Of a stretch of DNA of 28,422 bases, positions 21,829 through 28,422 are shown one piece after another. The DNA is from Octopus sinensis (taxonomy: Eukaryota). A program made the position numbers and the translations under genes. How positions within the stretch are numbered: the first letter of the stretch is position 1; every line of letters begins with the position of its first letter. The notes beneath the pieces were generated by a model, which worked only from the letters and a program-made list of their open reading frames with translations, made no database searches and had not been told where the DNA came from. The stretch spans positions 1-28,422 of the forward strand of contig NW_021833558.1 of assembly GCF_006345805.1 (NCBI RefSeq), written 5' to 3'.

Positions 21829-24680
21829 ATAGAATAGAATAGAATAGTGTTTATTGAGCGAAAAGAAAAAGAAAAACAGGAAGAAAAACATCGGCGGGGA
21901 GATAAAAACAAGGCACCGAAGTGTCTCTTTCCATGCGTATCCCCAATACTAGTCATGTTTGACGACAATTCTCCAAGACCATCCGGATCGTGGGCACAGA
22001 GGATTCTTGTGAGTCTTTTAGCCTTCCGTCAAGTTGTACTCCGTAAGCCAATTTCATAGCGAAACGTCTGTCTTTTCCAACTGTTCGATCAGGTAGTCAC
22101 TCTCCTCCGTACCGTACCAGCCCTCGTAGCCATATGTGAGGACTGGCTGCACACACGTTTTGTATACGTAGATGTACGTTTCCGGATCCAGATGGAACCT
22201 GGTTAAGCTTTTGAGGATCCTCACACTCCTCTTCTCTGATTTGCTATATGCTCTACGTACGAGCCACGACAGTTAATGGTTGCTCCCAGGTAAGAAGATT
22301 TTTCTTTTCGAGAGATCCATCACATAGCTACTCATCGCATATGCACAAGACTCCGCATAGCGACTCCCTCTCCGCAACCATGAATGGTGCTCTTCTCCGG
22401 TGCTAGGGTCAAACCCTTCTCTATAGTCCACATCTTTAGTGTTGCAATGTATGATTTCAGTCGTCTCCAAGACTGCGATATCCTTTTCGAGGTATCCATG
22501 ACCAGGATATCGTCAGCATAGATAACGAGCTTGCCAGTACGTGTCGACGGCAGAGGAATGTCCGCCAAGAAGAGGTTGAACCAGAAGTGGACTCAAGATA
22601 GATCCCTGCGGGACTCCCCTTCTAAGTTCCACACACACCCCGATAGGCGGTTTCCACAGCGGACAAATGATTGTCTTCCTGACAAGAAGCTCTCCAGCCA
22701 TCGATAGGTCTTTATCCCGGCTCCGATGTCATGGATTCTGGAGAGTAGGCCCAGGTGCCACACGCTATCGAAGGCTTGGCCAGATCCAGACACACCACAG
22801 TTAGCCATGCTTCATTTCTGTCAGCACGGGATAATTGGTGCTCTAACTCCCTGAGGCAGTCCCCTGTGGATCTTCCTCCACGAAATCCCCATTGTTCAGG
22901 TAAAGCAAATTTTGTGATTCTATATGACCAGAGAGTCTGTTAAAGACAATCTTTTCCATTGTCTTAGAGAAAGCACAAATGAGGCTAATTGGCCGGTAGT
23001 TCTGTGCCAGCAGTGTCGATTTACCAGATTTTGGAATCATTCGAACAATCGTATGCTTCCACGCCGATGGAAGGTGTCCGAACGTCCAGCTGGCGTGAAA
23101 ACAACATAGTCAATGCTCGTATCAAGATTTCAGGGGCCTTCTTTAACAACTTCGGAGGGATGTAGTCGAAGCCAGGCGCCTTGTTCTTCAACCCAGCAAT
23201 GCCCTTTCAACCTCTTCCTGTGTTATCGCCCCATAATGGTCCCTCCGATAATTGCGAAGAGCCAAGCTTCTTCACAATTCGGTCATAAGTCCCTCGTGGA
23301 ACGGTAGATTCGACCTCTTGAACCTTACTCAGTTGGTTCCTGAGTACTTCCGGGATACGATCAGAGGAGATATTTCCCGTCTGGTTTTTTAGTGAAATTT
23401 CAAATCCTTTGGCATCATTTCTGGTAAGGCGTTGATATGCTTTCCAGAAATTAGGGTTTCGCTTATCCAGTTTTCTGCATTCAGACCTCCATTTACTTTC
23501 GACCTCAGTCTTGGCCATTTTTGCAATAGTAGATTTTATCTTGTCGATCTCCAATTTCAGGCGGCATTTGATTGACTCAACCCGACATCTTCTCCTGCGA
23601 TTTCCAGGGTACCTTTCGTTCTGATCAGAGTGACAAGTTTCGAATTCATCCGCTTTTGCGTTCCTTTGGGTTTCCATACATTTTTTAATGCATAAACATC
23701 CAGGAATTTTATGATTGACGATCTAAGGTGATCATCGAGATTGTCAATATCATCTCTGCTTCTCAGAGGCTGGGACACGACATTTCGAAGAGAATCCCGC
23801 ATATATGATTCGAATAAACTCCAGTTCATGTTCACGAGGTTGTAACCAATGAACAAGTCCTCCGTAACATTCATAGTCATCTTTATCAACATCGTTTGCG
23901 GCACGTGGTCAGAGCCAATGTCCGCTTCCAACCTCGGTATGTAACATAAAGGACTAATTGATGCCGAGCATAGAAAGAGACCCAAGCGATCAGCCCTGCC
24001 TCTGTCTGCATAATGATTCAGTTCTTCCGATGTAAAGACCGAAAAACCCAAGCTACTGGCCAAGTCCTCAAGGACAGTTCCATCCATATTCGTAGTTTCA
24101 CATCCATAACTCACATTTTTGGCATTAAGATCTCCTGCTAGGATTGACAGGCAATTTTCCTCAAAGAACGTCCCAATAACGTTTGAATAGCGCCTTAGCG
24201 ACTTTGAGTACATTCCCCCGACGGTTAGCCAGCCAGCAGTCGTGTGCAGCTCGAGCACAATAAGTTCACAGAGTGACTCCTCCTCCACAATTCTGATGTT
24301 TCTTACCTTAAGGTTCGCCCTGTAGTAGACTGAGGTTCCTGTCCCCGCCACTGAGTTTATTTTCCATGGTATATTAATAGACTTATAGCCTTCGAATTCC
24401 ACCCTCGTAGCTTCCTTCAGCTTAGTCTCATTGATAATCAATATGTGAGACTTCGCTGTGGCCAGCAGGAGCCTCAGCTCCGATGCCGTCTCGCAAGCGA
24501 GCGGGCATTTAGAATTGTCAGAGCAAGGAATCCTTCCGACATGGGTGGCTGACCTCCCGTGGGAGCGCCACCTTTTTCGGTAAAGGGGGTCTGCCTGCTT
24601 TCCGTTGCCACCGGTTTCAGCCGGCTCTGGAGGCGTCCCATCGTCCTCCAGCCGGGCTTCAGGGCTTGGCAGCTGAACCT
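21829..24680 (-). mobile_element. Jockey/I-group LINE, 5'-truncated, with frameshifted ORF2 (APE endonuclease plus RT)
   Basis: ILNARSL, INETKL, ILAGDLNAK and GSDH (APE); IPKSGK..NYRPISL..FSKTMEK, QAFDSVWH, GVPQGSILSPLL and IYADD (RT). 3' tail is (TCTAT)n at 21829-21847. Confidence 0.93.
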
Positions 24681-24868
24681 ATTATCATATTTGACTTTGA
24701 CAGAATGTGCAATTACAGATTGCACGACCTTGAATAGAGTGTGCAATTAACAGATTTTGAAAAACACTTTGATAGTTGAAACCACATTAGCAAAATCATT
24801 AACACAATTTACCACCAATTGACAGCGCAATCAGAAGAATTTGCGTAAAAATATTAACTATTTAGTTA

Positions 24869-25105
24869 AGTTTTTCGTAAAGATAGAATTTATTTTCGGT
24901 ATGCCTCTTTTCCTAAACTTTTTTATTATTCAAAAATAATTTTTTCAATAGATAACTGAAGAGGGAAGACGACCTTAAGAAAAGAAGTTTTTCGTAAAGA
25001 TAGAATTTATTTTCTGTATGCCTCTTTTTTCCTAATATTTTTTATTATTCAAAAATAATTTTTTAAATAGATAACCGAAGGAGGAAAAACGAAGTTGAAG
25101 AAAAA
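24869..25105 (+). repeat. Imperfect tandem duplication, ~117-120 bp x 2
   Basis: AGTTTTTCGTAAAGATAGAATTTATTTTC...CAAAAATAATTTTTT..ATAGATAAC occurs at ~24869 and ~24986. Confidence 0.9.
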
Positions 25106-25429
25106 ACGGTCAGCTTAAGGTAATTAAATCTTTTTGTGTGTCGCTTTTTTGGCTGCTGCTACTCTGCCTGCCGCATCTCCGCTGCCCCATCTCCGCCAGT
25201 GGTTTGTCTAATCAAGGTCACTAAGCGAAATCTCCGGACTATAAGGCTCTTAAGCATTATCTTAACTGGCTGTTAAAAAAAATAGACAGGTTGTTGCCGT
25301 GGCGGCAGAGATTTTTTTTGTTTATACTTTTTTACAAATTTTTAAAGTTTTTTTTGTTTTTTCATTCTTTTGTTTTTAAATTATTTATTTTTATTTGTTT
25401 TTTTTTTTATTTTTTTTGTTATTTTCTAC

Positions 25430-25900
25430 AAATTCAACGGATTGAATTTTTAAACTCCTTAGATCCCTCTGGAATGCCGAATCATCTTTAAAGTTAAAGA
25501 TAGGCGTTCCAGTGGTTTTATTACGAAATCTTGCGCCACCTAAATTATGCAACGGAACGAGGTTAGTTATCAAAAATTTGATGGCTAACGTAATAGAGGC
25601 GACGATATTCACAGGTAAGTATAGAGGTGAGGATGTTTATATTCCACGAATTCCGATAATTTCTGATGAATTACCATTTAGATTTAAAAGGCTGCAATTT
25701 CCTTTGAGGATGAGTTGTTGCAATGACAATAAACAAGGCCCAGGGACAGTCATTAAAGGTAGTTGGGTTATTTTTAGAGAGTGAGTGCTTTTCACATGGA
25801 CAGCTGTATGTGGGATGCTCAAGGATCGGCAGAAGAGAAACTTTATTCATATATGCCAGGAAGGACGGACGACAAACATCGTTTATCAACAGGCGATAGA
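25430..25900 (+). pseudogene. Helitron PIF1-like helicase C-terminal fragment
   Basis: [63 protein letters not shown] and [12 protein letters not shown], with frameshifts. Confidence 0.93.
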
Positions 25901-26099
25901 ATAGGGTTACATTAAACCAGGAACCAGGTAGTTTTATACATCTACATAAACTTATAGTTGTTTGATGAAACAGGCCCTCCGCAGGAGCTAGGTCGCGGTG
26001 AGCGAAGCGAGCTGCCGAGCTAGTATAGTTATAAGAGACACGTTTATGTGAATTGTTTCCACGTTCGACCATTTTAATACCTGATTATTATGATAGATC

Positions 26100-27335
26100 T
26101 GACCAAATATATTAAAAATTAAGCCTCAATCTCAATACACAATATTAGATTTTTACGGATCAACATCAGAATTACAACGTCACATGTCCCCAGACCCACA
26201 CAATAAAAAAATTAGGTTTCCATGCAATGCAGGATGTACTCACTAATGTCATCCCGTTGTCCGTGCACTGGCTGCAAAACAGAAGGATCTTCGACTATCG
26301 CTAGAAAACACGACGGATACGGTCAGAAAACGCTCCTTACAATCAGAACGTACCAGGATACAGAAAATCATCAAAAAGTTAAATAGCGAACAAACTGCAA
26401 ACGTTTTGGATGCCAAGCTAAAAGAAGTGGAGAATCTAAAGGATTGAGCAGATGTTCTTAGCAATGAGGCTGTCCAAGGGAAGGAATCAAAAGAACAAAC
26501 TAAAGATCGAGGACAACAACGAAAATATGATTTTGAAAATATGATTTTTATGCCAAGGAACAAGCCGAACTTATTGTTGCTCATTTTGAATGACTATTTA
26601 ATGTTGATGTTAAAATGGTGGACCTATTCACTACTAATCCATGAAAAACTGGTAAATGAAATCACGATGGAAGAATTTATGAAAGCAACGGAGAGACTGA
26701 AAGCAATCGCACTCCAGGACCGGATGGGATAAGTGCTGAATTACTGAAACATGGTCCGAAAATACTTATGGTAATCATGGCCAAAGTATTAAACAAAATG
26801 TTTGCAACTAACCTCCTCTCTTTGAGAAAAGGAATTCTGGTGCCGATTCAAAAACCGAACAGGAAGGCGGCTTTTGTGGATAACCTTCGACCATTCATCC
26901 TACTCATACGCTGAGAAAGGTCTTTGCTCTGGTGGTGCTGGACCGTTTACAATAGCCTGCAAATAAATTCTTTTCTTCGAGCCACAGTAGATTCAGGGCG
27001 GTTAGATCTACCGCTCATGTGATCTGGTGACATGTGCAAATCACCGAAGTTGTTTATGTGAATTTTATATCACATGATATAACAGCCTTGAGGCGGTTAC
27101 TTGACGCTGCCCCAGCAGAGATTGAGAAATGGTTTCTTACCCGGAATACAACTAAAACTGAAATCACGGAAATCGTACGTACGGGATCAAGATTGGATGA
27201 AGAATGGAGACGTTTCAGAAAACTTGGCTCACTCTTCAGAAACAGTGAGGACATAACCCGAAAAAAGGACAATCGACGGCCGCGTTGAACAGGCTCAAGA
27301 CGGATTGGGTGGCTAACAGTCTGGCAACGATCACG
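26100..27335 (+). mobile_element. RTE/RTEX-like LINE remnant (degraded RT, internally deleted)
   Basis: EITMEEFMKATERLK, PGPDGISAELLKHG, GILVPIQKP..NLRPFILL..LRKVF and WRRFRKLGSLFRNSEDITRK; many stops and frameshifts; ends approximate. Confidence 0.8.
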
Positions 27336-27634
27336 TTTCGTTTAAAAATTATCTAATTTATCTAGTTTTTCGTCTTTTGTGAATGCCTTACTTATTTCAT
27401 TTAAGCAAATAGCTCCATTAACGTAAAACTTTCTGGATTGATTAAAGAAATCTTTGATTATTTGAAAAGCTTGATAGCATTTTTAGTGACAATTTTAAGC
27501 TTATCAACACGTTCATCTTATGACAGATATCAGAATTTTTATATTTAAAATATATTTTGTGGTGGTTATCAGCGAGTGGCGGATATAAAAGACTACTTGC
27601 AAATACTCTAAACTACTGTATATTAGTACTAATA

Positions 27635-28229
27635 TGTCGCGAGCGCAGCGCGCGACCGAGCGCTAGACGCGACTTTGACAGCTAACAAGCCTATCATCAA
27701 CAATATATTTATTAATTATTAAAATTGTAACATGATTTAAAATTAAAATTGAAATAACTTAAGTTTTCCATTGAATCCCATAAAAATTTATAAGTAGACC
27801 TTAATAGAAAAAGTAAAATCAATGAATACTGAACGCTAATTTGGTTTAGTTGTGAGGGGGAATAATTTGACAGATCTCATTGTTATTTTTTCGTTTTAAT
27901 CTCTAAAATTAGGTCTTCTAATCAAAAATGACTGTGCTGACAGGCGTGCTCCTTCAGAAGATTCTTGTTTTGACATTTTAATAAATTATGAAGCATTTAG
28001 ATTTTTTCTCATTATTCTAAAATATCAATTATAAATTTTAAATATTATTTTTTTTTATGAAAATCGGTTTTAAAAAACTCATTCTGCTTGGCATCGATTT
28101 TATTTTTGTTATCGAATATATTTAATCCCAAATAAAGCCTTGGTATTTGTCAATTTATAGATTTTTTGATTGATCGGATCTAGATTGAGTGGTCGCTCGC
28201 TGCGCTCGTCGCTCGCTGCGCTCGCGACA
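27635..28229. mobile_element. MITE-like element, 595 bp, with GC-rich TIRs
   Basis: Left TGTCGCGAGCGCAGCGCGCGAC versus reverse complement of right end TGTCGCGAGCGCAGCGAGCGAC (21/22 match), flanked by TA on both sides; AT-rich non-coding interior. Confidence 0.75.
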
Positions 28230-28422
28230 TAATATATTGTTTGCAGCAATACCGCTAACTAGAAATTTTTTAATAAAATTCCTAACATTATTTATGTAGA
28301 TTGAATTTATTAATTTTTTAATTAATGTCGCTGACTTAACCATAATTTCGAGAATTTTTTCATGTAATTATTAAAATACAATTTTTTAGATTCAATTTAT
28401 CTATTTTATTTTATCGTCTTCT

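Larger units (their letters stand above)
21402..26023 (+). mobile_element. Non-autonomous Helitron with nested insertions
   Basis: A|TCTTAATAATAAAA 5' end followed by a (GTCT)n microsatellite; PIF1 helicase C-terminus near the 3' end; GC-rich subterminal stretch with GCGAAGC, ending CTAG|T. That both ends belong to one element is inferred. Confidence 0.75.

Noticed and set aside
25291-25491. Phe-rich membrane-protein-like ORF
   Set aside because: Translation of a poly-T low-complexity tract running into the Helitron helicase remnant.

Overview
AT-rich eukaryotic (animal-like) genomic DNA with very short spliceosomal introns (23-36 nt), a pattern best known from dicyemid mesozoans; this organism assignment is inference. 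Host genes rebuilt by hand across the micro-introns are CCDC146 (19 introns, one GC-AG), NDUFB7 (head-to-head with CCDC146), RPL28, a divergent cathepsin L-like protease and a 26-29 kDa-type papain-family proteinase. There is also an intronless ZIP transporter. Roughly half the window is mobile-element debris: two TIR/TSD-bounded Buster-type hAT elements (one splitting a tRNA-derived SINE-like sequence), a third hAT remnant, a Tc1 remnant, five 5'-truncated CRE-clade RLE retrotransposon tails plus a CRE RT fragment, an R4/NeSL-like RLE fragment, a Helitron carrying a microsatellite, a ~94-bp tandem array and a nested Jockey/I-like LINE, an RTE/RTEX-like LINE remnant, and a MITE-like element with hairpin-forming TIRs. 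No prokaryote-type system or CRISPR array is present. The most notable signals are the length-constrained, consensus-poor micro-introns and a retrotransposon sitting in one micro-intron of an otherwise intact gene. All family calls come from motif recognition, not database searches.
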